DNA of 64,000 bases, taken from Bugula neritina (taxonomy: Eukaryota; Animalia; Bryozoa). Location of the stretch: assembly GCA_964035545.1 (NCBI GenBank), contig OZ037765.1, positions 13,836,698 through 13,900,697 on the forward strand, written 5' to 3'. Under the pieces are notes generated by a model. It was not told the DNA's origin and searched no databases. It worked only from the letters and a program-made list of their open reading frames with translations. A program made the position numbers and the translations under genes. Shown in pieces: positions 1-14,023 of this stretch. Positions within the stretch are counted from its first letter, which is position 1, and each line of letters begins with the position of its first letter.

Positions 1-31
1 GAATACCACGGAGCAGTGACAAATACCATAC

Positions 32-2231
32 CACTATGAGGACATCTGGCTTCACATCAGGAATTTCAGCAGCCATTAAATGACGGTCTTCTTGTCGAGA
101 GAAGTCACCAGTATACAGGACTTTCACGCCGGCAATTTCTATCATGAACATAGCAGCTCCCAATACATGGCCAGCTTGATAGCACCAGAACTTAATGCCA
201 TTCACTTCAGTTTCCTAGAGCAATGTTTTAAAATGCAGCTAGTAGACTATTAAAGCAACAAAAAAACCTTCCAACACCTTTTATATTATTGGAAAAGTTA
301 AGCTTTATTGTTTAACTGTACATGAAATTAATACAGTGCAAAAACAAACAAAGAAGAGTAACAACTCTTTTAAAATATATTATTAAAATATTATGCTAGT
401 TCATACCGCATGGAAGTCTACAGTCTCTATTCTATCCATGCTATTTTCTATATCCTGGTCGGTATACAAGATTGTATCTGAAGAGATATTACTAAAACAC
501 AAAGACATTGAGTGATCTGTGGTGCCTTGTATGGTTATGCCAACATTGGGCCTGCATACCACTAGCCATGCTATTTCGCACTGGGCCTCATCATCACTTG
601 CGACAGCTTTATTTTTATATACTGTTATTTGTTACTATGTTTCCTTTCTAATTGTTAGTCTGCTCTTGTAACTTATGCTAGTTGTAAAACACTATATTAT
701 GATGAAATAAAACACACACGCACGCACACATTTAATGCTGATACCATAAATAGCTATAAAAAATTCTTAGCTTAAAGAAGTCAAAATGTAACAGCCATAT
801 GCTTTATATAAATCGCTCAATTAAAAGGTCTCCTGACGTCTAGCCACATTATATATCATTCCATATCCAGCTCTGCTAAGTATTATTTCAAGTTGAAAAT
901 ACTGTAAGATCAACAGCTGATGAAATGTTTCAAAAAACAACACGAAACATTTTAGGGTTACGAACCCTTGTGATACTTGTCCAACTAACCCATAGACTAC
1001 TTTACTAAATGCGTTTCCCAAGACCACTAATAACTAATAAATTGAAAGTAAAGACAGCATGCTGTGCTATTTTCACTAGGACATAGCACAGCATGCATCA
1101 CCCTAGGTAAGCACTACATAAAATAACAAAGGCATTTAGCATTAGCACAACAACTGTTGGCCATTTGTTGAAAAAAACAGAATAAAAAATCACATTGCCT
1201 TGAATTTAAATACATGTATACCATGACAAAAAATATTACAGAAATTATATCAAAATTTGTAATCTTAGTTATAATAATATGCTTAAAGTACAAAAGTAAG
1301 TATTAAACACATAACAAATGGTTGAAAACCAAGATGTTTGGTTCATAATACATTACAACCATACCTGACTTTGACAAAATCAGACAGTAACCACCTATAA
1401 ATGGCTTTTGTGGCGTGTGTCATGAAGACCCGTCCCTTGAAATGAGTTTTGGCTAAGAACCATGGTAATGCCCCAGAATGATCCAAGTGGAAGCTAAACA
1501 TATGAATAGTTTAATAAGATAATAAAACACTCAAAATTACTATTAGTGCAGTTTCACATAAGAATTAAAATATTGTGATTTCAGTATATTGCCTTAAGTA
1601 TGTGAGGCAGTAGATTACTAAAAACATTGTTGATATTAAAAAGTGGAGCAAATTCGAAAATACAAAATTCAATCAAGTGCTTTCCTGCCATCTGTTTAAT
1701 GTTACTAGTATTTCACATCTATACAGCACTACCTACTGGCTAATGAGTAATACATCAATATCATCTAGATTAATAATATCTGTATATGGTAAGGATTCCA
1801 AGCCTTTCATCCCTGGGTGAATGCCACAATCCAACTAAAATCCACATAAAATAAAAAGAAACTAGAAATAAATAACATCAACTACTATCATGATAATAGT
1901 TATCATAGGTTATCTAATTTTATTATTTCATACAAGTATGCAGTTCACAGCAAACAATGCATACATTTATAATAACAAATAGCAGCACTTTTATTCCGGG
2001 TAAACAATTCTTATATAACTAAGCGGCTTGGATAACAACATCAAACACTTGTAACAAATCAAACACATGTAGCTGAGATTCTGATGTACAGACATAATTT
2101 TTCACTGTAATATACATACATACCTATATACCTATATACATATATATATACATATATATACACATATATATACACATATATACACATATATACACACATA
2201 TATATATATACACACACACATATATATATAT

Positions 2232-2295
<64 letters not shown>

Positions 2296-2718
2296 CTGTG
2301 TTCGCACTTAATACATTTACCATAATTTTTTTCCCTTTAAATCTTAAAAGATGACATGACCTTCCTACTTCTTGACCAGAACCCCTGAAACAAAAAATAC
2401 TAAAATATAAAAAACACAACAATGTATAACAAGAAGTTGTTGGGCCACCTAGCTTTATGGACATATTATTTCAACTCTCTGTTATATGTTATTCCTTAAC
2501 CTAGATTGTGGAATAGTAAGTAAACTGGTAGAACTTTGGGTTTTGAGTTTACCAACTATTTATAGATACATTATGATATGCAAATACAACTTGAACTTTT
2601 AGTTCAGTTCAAAAATGCATAAAAACATGAAATATTACAACCAAACTTACAGTGGCATTATACTAAGAATATCACTTTTCATCTGTTGCTGGGAATCTTT
2701 TCCTTTACCACTGGCCAT
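32..2718 (-). CDS. CPSF3: Cleavage and polyadenylation specificity factor subunit 3 (CPSF73 endonuclease), 5' part; coding exons 2651-2718, 2321-2384, 1737-1834, 1365-1493, 407-491, 32-214; gene continues beyond the left edge
   Basis: Spliced translation gives [13 protein letters not shown]...LDCGIHPG...[18 protein letters not shown]...[16 protein letters not shown]...[39 protein letters not shown], the metallo-beta-lactamase motifs of CPSF3; all introns GT-AG with consistent phases. Confidence 0.96.
1057..1096. repeat. Short perfect inverted repeat (14-bp stem, 12-nt loop) in a CPSF3 intron
   Basis: gcatgctgtgctat (1057-1070) and atagcacagcatgc (1083-1096) are exact reverse complements. Confidence 0.8.
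2110..2293. repeat. Compound (TA)n/(CA)n microsatellite
   Basis: Long tatata/cacaca runs; explains the spurious YIYI ORFs 2059..2307 and 2132..2464. Confidence 0.97.
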
Positions 2719-3059
2719 TATTCTAAAACATAAGTCATATATGATGTTCAGTTAGTGACTAATAGCCTTAAACACTTGATGCAGCAAAACTAATAAATCA
2801 GAAATTCATTGGTGGCGTTAAGAGAAGCATTTATCAAAATTATTTCTGTTTCATTTTTCAAGCTGAGAACCTGAGAATTACATTTTATGATCTCAATCTT
2901 TTCAAGTGATGATTTTTTCCTAATAAATGTTTATAACTATGATTAAGATAACCATATTGACCATGAGATATAAAGTATGAGTAATTCGCTATTAGTTAAA
3001 CCAATACTGAATGCCTATTTCATACTGATATTTAGCTTTGAACTCATACTGCATGTATA

Positions 3060-3960
3060 ATACTCTTAGTCTAACATTATAGTAATAGCAATAGTAATAG
3101 ACTAGTAGTTATATCTATTAGTTATGACTCATACCTAAAGATATACTAGCTTCCACTAACCTAACAATTACAATTGTAATTTTAATGCAAATGACACCCT
3201 ACAGATCTAATAGCAAAGGGTAAATAACCCAATAGTAATAGTAGTGATCATTATTACAGCATAATTGTCCTTACTAATGATATTACTAATTGCCAACAAT
3301 AATAATTTATTTCATTATTATTAATAACTATTTTACCTGCATAAATATTTAAAAGATAGAGATGTTACTGAGCAAATGATATTGCACCACAGAAGACCTA
3401 GCTAAAGGGAAACAGCCTAGAAATTATCAGCCCATTACATATTTACCACTTATGTGGAAAACATTGGACGGTTGGCAGGTCTATGACCATTTTCTATATC
3501 AGGATGTTATCAGGAGAACAAAACCACTCCATCAAAAAATCAAATGGTAACAAAGATCTTACTTTCATTTTGACTTGAACAAGAAAGTAATAACCTATCA
3601 AATTCAATGTGTTGGATAAACTATCAATATGCTACTGTGCTCCTATATCTTAGACTTAGAGACAATCACAATGAAACTAACTAGAATCAGAATCAAGAAT
3701 CAGAATGACAAGTATTGTAACCACAAAAAAATTATTGCATAATCACAGTCCTAATACTAATAGTAATAGTAACACTAACAGTAATACTAATAGTAATAAT
3801 AATACTTATAATATCACCATTACTATTGGTATTAATATTAGGACTGTGATTATCATTATGATTATCATTAAATTTAATCACTATGATTATCATTATCATT
3901 ATGCAATAAATTGTAAGTATAACTTTAAGTATTAGTATAACATTATGATTAAGTTTAACT
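3060..3960. repeat. ANT-periodic low-complexity tract on the CPSF3 side of the shared promoter (interrupted at ~3340-3690)
   Basis: Runs such as aatactaatagtaatagtaacactaacagtaatactaatagtaat and attactattggtattaatatt. Confidence 0.7.
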
Positions 3961-4019
3961 GAATAAGATTAAGTTTGTTTTTTAATGTTGTGAGTTTTAG
4001 TTAATAGAAATATGGCAAT

Positions 4020-4400
4020 ATATAAAAAGCGACATACCACGTTGTGGTATGCGTTATCATAAAACAAAATCTTGTAGAAACTCTCTTAGACTTGAGTATA
4101 AGTAAACATGTGGCGGTGTTCTATTCCTATTACTATTGGCATAAGATTAAGTATACCAACTGGAATCAATGAACTTGAAGCCGCAGAAGAAGGGTTGACC
4201 TTGACATTATGATTGCTCAAAAATAATCTTGTTCGCTAAAACTTGCTAGTCGTTCCAATAACGATAAAAACACGGTCTTTTAATTGACAGAATTATTGAA
4301 CCGAAAGTTATTAGTCATCTCACTTTGCATTAAATTATCAATTTCACTAACTTACAAATTATACAATCAGTATCACAATGCGCATGGCTTTCAACTTCAC
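4020..4400. promoter_or_regulatory. Putative bidirectional promoter for CPSF3 (-) and TXNDC15 (+)
   Basis: Locally CpG-enriched island (gcgacataccacgttg, catgtggcggtg, gccgcagaag, gtcgttcc) between two divergent genes in a CpG-poor background; TSS positions are inferred. Confidence 0.55.
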
Positions 4401-4429
4401 AGTTTAAACCAAAGCACTAAATTAAGTTA

Positions 4430-5010
4430 ATAGTGAGTTTTCATTGTCATCATAATAGTATAACTATAACAATAGCTATATATTTATAATTTTACAATCA
4501 TAATCATTAATCATATTCATAATCATAATGATAATGATAATGTTTATTGTATTTGTAGCTACTAACCACTATGACTACCAGTGCTATTGAGTTTGACATT
4601 CACATTGTAATTGTTTTAAATTTATACAAGTTTAAGTATAACCGTTATAGCCCATAGGTAAATCAAAATGAAAATGTTGGGACTTATTAACTCTAAGTTC
4701 CAACATTTTCATTTTGATATTGTCATTTTGATTTACATGTACTTTTATTTAGTTTTACTGTTTAGTTTTTCATTAGCTTCAAGTTTAAGTTTAACTTAAA
4801 GACTTACGTTTAACAATAACTCGAAGTAGTATAACTATAAGTATAACTATAAGTATAACTATAACTATAAGTTAATAGCTGTTAACTCAGTAAAAGTTTA
4901 GCACTCTTACTGTTAGTCACTGTCAGTGTTACTGTTCGACGTTAGCGGTTAATGTTAGTCTTAGAGTTAGTGTTTGCCACAATACCAATAATAAATATGA
5001 AGATTGTGGT
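4430..5010. repeat. ANT-periodic low-complexity tract on the TXNDC15 side of the promoter
   Basis: ataactataagtataactataagtataactataactataagt, aatcataatcattaatcatattcataatcataatgataatg. Confidence 0.7.
4662..4718. repeat. Near-perfect 25-bp hairpin with 7-nt loop
   Basis: atcaaaatgaaaatgttgggactta / taagttccaacattttcattttgat pair with one G-T mismatch. Confidence 0.8.
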
Positions 5011-5039
5011 GATCTATTCTTTCTCATGAAATACAAAAA

Positions 5040-6060
5040 AAAATGTGCACATCGTGTTGAACTGCGTAAAATAGAACAGGATTATATTAGCACTAAAATG
5101 GATAAGCCGCTTGAGACAGGCAGCAGTAAACCATTCTATCAACATTTGAAGTGGTCTCAAGGTGTTACGAAGCCTCATGAAACTAAAGACTAAGGGAAAT
5201 GACCACGCTAAAGACCCAATAGAATGTGCTAATATTTTGAATGAGCTCTTCAGCTCAAAATTTTGCGAACTACACCAACTTGATAGCAACAATACATATA
5301 ATTGTGCTGCCTCATTTATTGAGGTATCTGATGCTGGAGTTGCTAACCTTCTGACCGTTCTCAATAATGGAAAATCAACAGGTCCAGATGATATACGCAA
5401 AGAGGATCTCGTAATAGATCCTATCTTGACTGCTAAGTGTATTGCTTCTATATTTAAAGTCTCTCTTTCTACCTCAACTCTTCCCAGTGAATGGAAGCTA
5501 ACTTATGTGTCTCCTCTTCATAAGAAAGGACCTGCTGCCCAACTAAATAACTACCGACCTATTTCGCTTAATAGCATTCCTTGCAAGTTGCTCGAACACA
5601 TTGTGCCCCACCATCTAAATCTTATATTAGATAAGTTCTTGTTTAACAGAGAGCATGGAAGACCCAATTATGTGGCACATATCACGACATTGCTAGGCAT
5701 GTAGACAAAGGCTATACTATTCATGGAGTTGTTCTGGACTTGGCCAAGGCGTTCGACAAAGTTTCACACAAACTTATCATGTAAAAACTATCTAACATTC
5801 TTAATGTGAGTACATAGATATTGAAATGGATTCATGATTTCCTTATGGACCACAAACAAAAAGTGATGATTAAAAGGCAACTTTCATATGAACTGCCTGT
5901 TACCTCTGGGGTTCATCAGTGGTTAGTGCTAGACCATAGCCATGATCTGCCGGGCCATTTTTATTATAGCACAAATATATTTGCCTGTGACAGCTTCGTT
6001 TATCAGGTGGTCAACAATGCTCAAGACAAATTAGAATTTCAGAACAATGTGTACACACGA
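5040..6060 (+). mobile_element. Decayed non-LTR retrotransposon (CR1/L2/Jockey-like) reverse transcriptase fragment
   Basis: KSTGPDDI...PSEWKLTYVSPLHKKG...NNYRPISLNSIPCKLLEHIV, then in other frames VLDLAKAFDKVSH and VTSGVHQWLVL (degenerate GVPQGSVL); stops and frameshifts present. Confidence 0.9.
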
Positions 6061-6600
6061 TATAAATTGGAGTATAACTATAATGATTACTTAACATAAA
6101 TATACAATATGTCAGTATCAGTAAGGACTATGAGTACTACTGCGTACAAAACTAAAGATGCCAACTTAAAAATTGAAATTATATTTTGACTTTTTACCCA
6201 AAAACTGAAAGCTGTCATGTTGCTAATTTGGTGTTAATATTATATCTACTAATTGTGATACATTATAAGATATAATATTGTGTTATTAATTGTAATTTTT
6301 ATATCACATTGAAATATGCTAGTTCTCACGTCTTATTTTCACACTGAAGCTGTTTTTTAGGTTTAATGCTAGACCTTGGGTGATGTTGCTTTGCTAAAGT
6401 TTATATTTGTGTTTTTTGCTCGCAGGTAATCACAATAAGGATGCCGGTGGTTGCCATTGTTCCAATATCTATTAAGCTACAAGTTAAAATATTAATACCT
6501 TGTCATTTAATTACTATTGCTGTATTTATAAATGTTCTAGTTTTAGTTTAGCTTTCTAAGACCTTTATATGTCATGTTAATAATTGTTACCACATCCATA

Positions 6601-6898
6601 TGGGTCATTTTATTTAATTTAGTACACACTGGTAATCTCCAATTTTTTGCTATTTTTCACAATTTGGATTGCGGACCGTTACGAAACAACCATAACAGTC
6701 CGCAGTCCAAATTAGCTAAATAAATAGGAAAAAACACGGGAAATCAAGTAAAATTAAGAAGAACCTTGATTATTTAGGAGTATTTATTGATATTTTATTA
6801 GTTTTGAGCATTAACTCTTGTTCATTAGCAGCTAAATTGTGAAAAATAGCTAAAAACTGGAGATTTCCAGTGTGTACTAAATTAAGTAAAATGACCCA
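6601..6898. mobile_element. MITE, ~300 bp, ~70-bp TIRs, probable TA target duplication
   Basis: tgggtcattttatttaatttagtacacactggtaatctcc... pairs with ...ggagatttccagtgtgtactaaattaagtaaaatgaccca; TA on both sides; internal hairpin gcggaccgtta...taacagtccgc. Confidence 0.88.
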
Positions 6899-8203
6899 TA
6901 TTATATTTTTAGATTTAATCATTATTTTTGGCATTGTTTTAGCCTAATTTAAATTTGCCTGCTAGTAATGTATTAGTTACAGTTTCTCTTAAAGTTGCTA
7001 AGTTATGGGTGAAATGTTAGTTAAATTCAGCCTGCAGATTTTAATTATAATTTTTATAATGAATTTTAAGTCAATCAAATTGGAACTCTAATTTTTATTC
7101 CATATGCTCACCATGAAGCAAATCTAAGTTTAGTTAATTAAGGTATACCCGTTGCCAATAGGCGAACAAATCAGCAAGCAGCCTTAATCTGCATTAAATC
7201 AAAAATTCGTTTTTGTGTAGACTCAGTCTCAACCAACATTTATTTGTTTATTTAATATTTGCGAAATTTAATGCTAGTGATAGTAACTGTGCTAACTCAT
7301 ACTTGAAGCTAATGTATTGTGTTCAATTTTATTTACTTTATACTGAGAAGTAATTAAGAGAGAACTTAAGGAAACTACTTGTGCAAGTTATTTTCTCAGA
7401 GTTTCTACCCATGTCTCAAGTTAAAATTTATAAAACATCTCAAGAACTTGAGCTATTGATATTTCTCCATGGCGAACTAAGACTGCTACATTTTAACAAT
7501 GTAAAAGTGGTTGTTGAGATCAATCACTATGATCCATCATTTTCACTCAGCATCATAAATTTATAACATTTATGCAGAATTTAATAGAAGGGGCCATATA
7601 TTTATTCTAATCTTGATAGTATGAAAAAGTTCTGGTGAACTATGTTTTCAAGACCATCGGTCAAGTATCTGATCAAAATACTTAAATTATTCTTTATTAA
7701 AAACTTCATTAAATTCTTTTGTTGTCAGTCATTCCTAATTATGTCTATGCTTTCAGTGTTTTAAATAAATTAAGTGTTTAATTATTAGATTTAGTCATTA
7801 GGTAGTAGCGTTAATAATAGTTATATTTGTATCCCACAACTGGATTAAATTATTGCCTTAATTTTCAATTAAGTTGAATTAGATATATATTTTATGGGAC
7901 TTTTTGTAATCCATTGTATGTGTTACCTAATTATACTTCATTTGAAACTAATGCTACTGGTTTTATAATGGTAAATTACTCTTAAACTAAATTTACCAAA
8001 TCTACTACTATGCATATGATTAGATTTATTCAAGTGTAATTCATATTTTGAAAAATCAAATTATTAATTATTTTAGTAGTGATGATCATCAACTATCAAT
8101 ATTTGTGACTTCAAAGCTGGACTATACACATTTATCAACCATCCATAACTTCAACAAAGTTTCTGGAATGGATAGTATAAAGTGAAAGGTTGTGGCCATT
8201 AAA

Positions 8204-11119
8204 ATGTGTAAGCTAAGAGCTACTACTCTTCTTATCTTGACAGGTAAATGTTAAAGAAGTTCTTTTTATAACCAGTAAAAGTAACTTGCAGCATGAAGTT
8301 TATCTAATGTCAAGTATATAAGCAAGTTTCATCTTTTCCTTTCACTGTTTTAGGATGCATTTGTACAGCAATTTCAGAAGCGCCGGAGCTACAGCCATTA
8401 CCTGTAGGATTGGCTGTTGAGACTGTCACTCCTTCACCAACCTTGACATCTGAGTCAGCTAAGCCAGACAATCAAGCAGCTCTAACAGAGCCAGATTCAT
8501 CCCACAGTTTGAGAGATGAGATAGAAACATCCATTGGTCAAGGCAGTCATAGCGAGACTGATGAAGCTTCACGCTACCAAGGTTAAAACAAAATTGTCTC
8601 GACTTTGATTAGTTTTATCTATTTTAAATTTTTAAACTACAAAGCCACTGCTTTACATGTTTTCACTGACCAGTTGCTGGCTACCATTTGAGTAATGTTT
8701 TAAATTGCAATCTTTGAGTGTTGAGTTTGATTTGTTATTGTATTCTTAATAAAAGAAAGAGAAATTATATTGGACCCTATAACATTTTTATTAAGTTGAA
8801 ATTTTTGTTGAATGAATTTATTTAGACTCTTTTTGGCAAGATTTTAAATGTCTTAAAGTAAATAATTTGATAATTTACAAATATGAAACTTGTAGCATCA
8901 ACGGTTTTCGTGCTGCACAATAAGTCTTAAATGTTCAACAGCACAACATCATTAGTCACTGTCTAGCATTGTAAAGTTTTGTCCACACTGTCATTTCACT
9001 TTGTTTTGTATAATAGCTGACCTTGAATTACTTTGAATACATAAACATAAAAATATCTCCACAAGACTAGGATTTTACTGCATGACAACTCAACATAGAC
9101 TTACAATCAATTATTAACTGGTATAAAAAACTAATATTCTTGTTTAAGCTAGTGTCAAATTATATTTTTTAAAAGCTGTGGAGACTCGTCAAGGCTACAA
9201 ACTAATGGATTCAGAGGGTAGCATTATAACTAATCCCAAGGTCAACTGTAGTATGAAGGAGTTGAACCAAACTACTGCCCATGGTAATAGAGTTGCTTTA
9301 AGTAAGTCATGCAAACTCTTATAGTTGTTTCCTAGTATATTGATAATTTATGTGGAATTGAGCAGTAGTGTAGCTATTTTAAAAGTTGCACTATGGTACA
9401 CACAGATTGTAATTAATATAAAATGTAAGAGTCAAGCATTAAAGTAATGGTGTGATGGTGTCTACCTTACGAAAAGTAAGATGTGTAAGAATTTTTCATC
9501 TCTGTTTATTTTTTAGTGATAAGATCAACAAATGGCAATTATGTTTGATTGCTGCGTTGATGTGCATATTATTCTGAAACCTTTCCATTTTGTGAAACAT
9601 TGCTTGATTGCCCATAGGTTTTCAAACTTTAATAAACAGTCATTTTTCACTGGCAAGGTATTGAATAGCTAGCACAACAACTTTTTAGGCTTTTTTTATT
9701 TAAATCAAAAAGTTTTTTTAATCAAAGGGATTTTATTTCTATATCTATAACTGTGAGCATGGTGGCAACATTTTAATTTTTCAAAAAAAATTTATCAAAA
9801 TCATTGTTCCGAAACAAAACTATCTCTAAAATATCACTGAACATTCAAATTTGAAAACATTTTCTTATAAAATGGTTGACATCTAATTGTTGTACTATTT
9901 TTACCAGTATAAGTCATGATTTTTATATAATATAGGACTAATTGTCTTTTTTTCCCTTTAATCTGACTTCCTTTCAATGATGAGTTTTTTATTACGTATC
10001 AGGATTACTTGTGTCTCTACAGTATGTGTAGTTGGTGGCTAATACCTCACTGCTACTGGCAAGCCACAGTCCTGTACTAGCTTGCTACTATGTCACTGTC
10101 TACCATGTTAATTTAGCTTTTTGAAATTCTGTTTTAGTCAATGACTCGTCTTTACTTCAGCTCCTGATGAATGAAAAGACAGCCACTCTAACTAATGAAA
10201 GTACTGCAACACCTGCTGCTGAATGCCAAACTTTGCTGTTATTCGCCCCCTGGTGTTCTTTTAGTATTAAATTATCTCCACATTATAATGCTCTTAGCAG
10301 AATATTTCCTCATCTCAGAGTTCTTGCTATTAATGCAGTTAAACTAAATTAGTAAGTTATTCTTTATAAAACACTTTTATTAAAAACAGCCAGCATGTAG
10401 AAATAACTAATTTAATCACTGTAAGAATTATGTGTTAAATCAAGCAGATGCAATGTATTTTCAAACCCTCTATTTTCAATGTATCATTTTCAGTGTCATG
10501 TTCAACATTATTTTTTATGCTTTATTTGGTTTCTTGTAGCTGGAATGCTAGGTTTGGTACTGTAGCTGTACCCAATGTGTTACTGTTACACAATGGCAGA
10601 TATGTTGCTAGATATAACTACACAGAGCAAAATGTTGAACATTTAACCTACTTTATACAAAATTTCACAAGTAAGTTGCATATTTTGTATTCCATAAAAA
10701 AATGCTAGTAGGTTTACAATTTCCAATGCAAAGTTTTTAAAATTAAATAGTAGTATAAAGATGTTTTTTGCTGTGTATATCTTTACATTTTTGTTAAATA
10801 TTTCAATGGTTTTGAGGTAACTTTTAAGAAAGAGCTAATTTAGCTTTTAAAAATGAGTTATCAATATGACAAATGTTTCTCATTTTATCTATTAGACCTA
10901 AAGGCCAGTGGAGAAATAAAAGTTGTTGAAGATGATTATTCCGGGCCTGTTCCAACAGAAAGAGTCCAAAAAACTGATGTATACTTGATATTGTCATGGG
11001 CAGTGATTTTGTGTGCATTATGTTATGGCTGCTGTCAATTTAGTAATCAGATCCGCATTGCATACACAATAATGTCAAATATGTTCAACTATGAACGCGC
11101 TCATTTACATGTTGAATAA
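8204..11119 (+). CDS. TXNDC15: Thioredoxin domain-containing protein 15; exons ~8204-8243, 8354-8581, 9176-9301, 10138-10351, 10540-10670, 10896-11119
   Basis: Signal-peptide-like start MCKLRATTLLILTGCICTAIS; PKVNC; FAPWCSFS (CxxS thioredoxin fold); RFGTVAVPNVLL; GPVPT; C-terminal TM helix and terminal HVE*, all matching TXNDC15. Confidence 0.9.
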
Positions 11120-13254
11120 AGACATTGAATACTTGCTTATTTAATGTTCATTTGTGCAATTAATAATGTTTCTAAATTTAAAAATTGCAGTTTATTACAA
11201 TATTTCTTGCTAGCTGTCCAAGTCTATAAGAGTGTCAGGCTTTACTCCAATGTTATGCACATAGACTTGCTATGTTTTCACTACATTTTTGTTTATGATC
11301 CAATAAATATTGTTATTGTTATTATTGGTTAAAATTATTGACCTTGATGTAGCAGGAAACATTGAACTTTTGCATAACTTGCTAAAAGTTTGGTGTTCAA
11401 TAATAGTGTATTATGTATAGATTTTAGATATACTAAGATTATCATATTGCATAAACAGCTGTTTTTAGATACAATAATATAATAATTGCGCTTGTGGTAA
11501 AATATCCAAACCCATCATACGGTGTTCTGTAAGCTGGTTAAAATAGATACATTTAAAATCATTTAGAGATTGATCGTTGTAAAGTCATTCAGAGTTTTTA
11601 TTTTACTATTAGATTTAACGTCATTGACAAAGTAATGAAGTTATATTATCAACCCTGAAGCCATCAGGGCTTCTAAGTGATATAACACTCTAATCAATCT
11701 AGAACTTTTAAAACCACATGATGTATATATACACAATTATTGCATAATTATATTCTACACAATAGTTTTACACCATGATTTCAGAATAAACAGAATAATA
11801 ATTATATAGAGTAGGAAACTCATAAATAGGCTATCCCATTTCAACTCTTTTGATAACTACTACGACAGGCCTAAATTATGTGACATTGTTCATAGCCCTC
11901 TAAGAAAGTTGGATGTGCTCAACCACGTCTCGTATTTTCTGATCTTACAGGGTAAGACCCCACTTCTTATATGCAACTTCTTCAATGATGAATTACACAA
12001 AGACAACTTTTGCAAGCTTGCTTACTAGTTTACTGCTGCTTGAGATGTTAAATGTCAGATCATATCTCAAGTTTCTATTATTAACTCATTGCAATTTATT
12101 TTTTTAGGGTTTATATTGTAAATCTCTAATAAATCATTTTTCAGCTTGCTACATAGTTAACAAAATTCATATTGCATGATAAACAGCACTGGTTCAACTT
12201 TCCCACAGGGCAGTTCAACTTGCCCCTACCCCCAAAACATGCACGCAAAAAATTGGATTTTATTTTAGTGAGTAATATTATGTTTATGCATTTAGTTTTA
12301 ATGGACAAAGACAGCAACATAATGTGACTGACTTTCATGATCTTTGACAATAATTTTCTTTAAAATCTATGTTCCAAATTTTGGTTCAACTAACCCCACC
12401 CTCTCCTACTCAGATTTATTATTGCTAGTCTTGGCCAATCATCACATTAAATTTTACTTCTTTATTAATAATTAAAAATCTCAGTGCTACCATAGCAGTA
12501 TCATTGAAAACATGAAAATCTACTCCTTTTTAATAACATAGAAATGAATGCAATCAATTTTTGGTCTTGAGCAAGGGCTGTGGTAACTTCAAAATTGTTT
12601 GACTAAGATATCATTTCTAACAGAGAGCAGCTAAACTTCTTTGAAGAAAGACAGCTAGCTACTTATGCTTCAATGAACACATGTATAACCTATTGCTTGT
12701 ATAACTCAGAAAACTACAAATAAAGTGTACATGTTGCCAGATTGCTAGATGGTAACGGTGAAAAAATATCAATAATTTGAAGATTTGTTTGTAAAGTTTC
12801 TAATATGTGATACAGAAGTGTCAGAGCCTCCTTAAACTCATTTACTAGGACATTAAATCTCCTATTCTAGCCATTGTAAGGTACTTCATTCAGACAGAGT
12901 TAACTGCATTCATCACATATTGTAATAATGCAATTTTATGGAAAAGCTTTATGCAAAAGTTCTGTACTAACTCTAAGCCTCTATGGCATTTCAAAGGATG
13001 TCATTCCAAATAGATGCTTCCTCAAGAAGCAGCTATTTATCATTTACTTTGGTACAATATATATTCTATGTGCAATTTATTTGAATATTATTGATATATA
13101 TGTATATACAAAAAACTTTGATCTATTGCTGGTTATTTATAGCACATAAATTTAAATTCCTTTAATCTATGTTAACTCATTATTTTGCATTTTCTATACT
13201 TGTTGTTGTTTGAAAAGATATTTGGTTAATAAGTGTTGATTAAAGATGATGTCT

Positions 13255-13960
13255 TTCACACCTTTCACACCTATACTGTCGTAGTCCTGTGCGGGTGACC
13301 GGTCTGCAGGCTTCCAATCTCGATCAGCGTCCGCCATCTTTCCCTGTCTTCTGCATCCTCTGGTTTAAGGCTCCAATGCTTCATGTCATCTCCTATCGTG
13401 TCCATCCATCTTCGTTTGAGCCGTCCTCTCTTTCTGTTCCCCACTCTTCAACTCAGCCACATATCTAATATCCTCTTCGCTATCTCTCCTCTGCACATGA
13501 CCATACCACTGAAGTCTTCTCTTCCTCATATGCCTAGACACAGGTTTAACCTTAGCTTCGCTCTTTATGTCTTCATTCCTAACATGATCCTCCCAGTTTA
13601 TTCCCTGTATGTGCCTGAGCATTCGCATTTCGGTTGCCTCTATCCTTTGTTCTTGCCTCAGGGTGATGGGCCATGTTTTATTGCCATATATCAGTGTTGG
13701 TTTTATGATTGTTTTGTAGAGTAATACCTTCAGTTGCTTAGGCACTTTTTTATCCCACATAACTCCTGATAGGTCTCTCTATTTATCCCACGCTGCACTT
13801 ATTCTTTTTGGGACTTCTGTCTCACAACCTCCACCCTGATCTATCACAGTCCCCAAATACTTGAACTTGTTTGTTGTTGGTAGCTCAGTGTAATCTTCCT
13901 GGTCATATCCCTTCATTCTGATCCTGGTGGTGCTTTCCTTTGGTGGAAGATGTTTTATAT
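13255..13960 (-). mobile_element. 5'-truncated RTE-clade LINE fragment (RT C-terminus plus 3' tail)
   Basis: KFKYLGTVI...RISAAW; LLYKTIIKPTLIYGNKTWPIT...IEATEMRMLR...RRLQWYGHVQRR; 3' end with short tandem tail (ggtgtgaaa)x2. Confidence 0.9.
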
Positions 13961-14023
13961 AATATATCATATATATATTTATATAATACTATTATTAATG
14001 TATTACTGTTTTTTGTCTCCCAC

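Noticed and set aside
2059-2464. ORFs with long YIYI/CVCV runs
   Set aside because: Translations of a TA/CA microsatellite; only 2321-2384 is a real CPSF3 exon
3705-3935. Asn/Ser/Thr/Ile-rich ORF (also 33699..33914 and 33832..34029)
   Set aside because: By-products of ANT triplet periodicity; no homology cues or supporting splice structure
12185-12410. MITE-like end with ggttcaact..ccc repeats; also a hAT-like end at ~16860-16878 and a repeat-like block at 26390-26850
   Set aside because: Matching opposite termini and TSDs could not be found, so boundaries are unsupported
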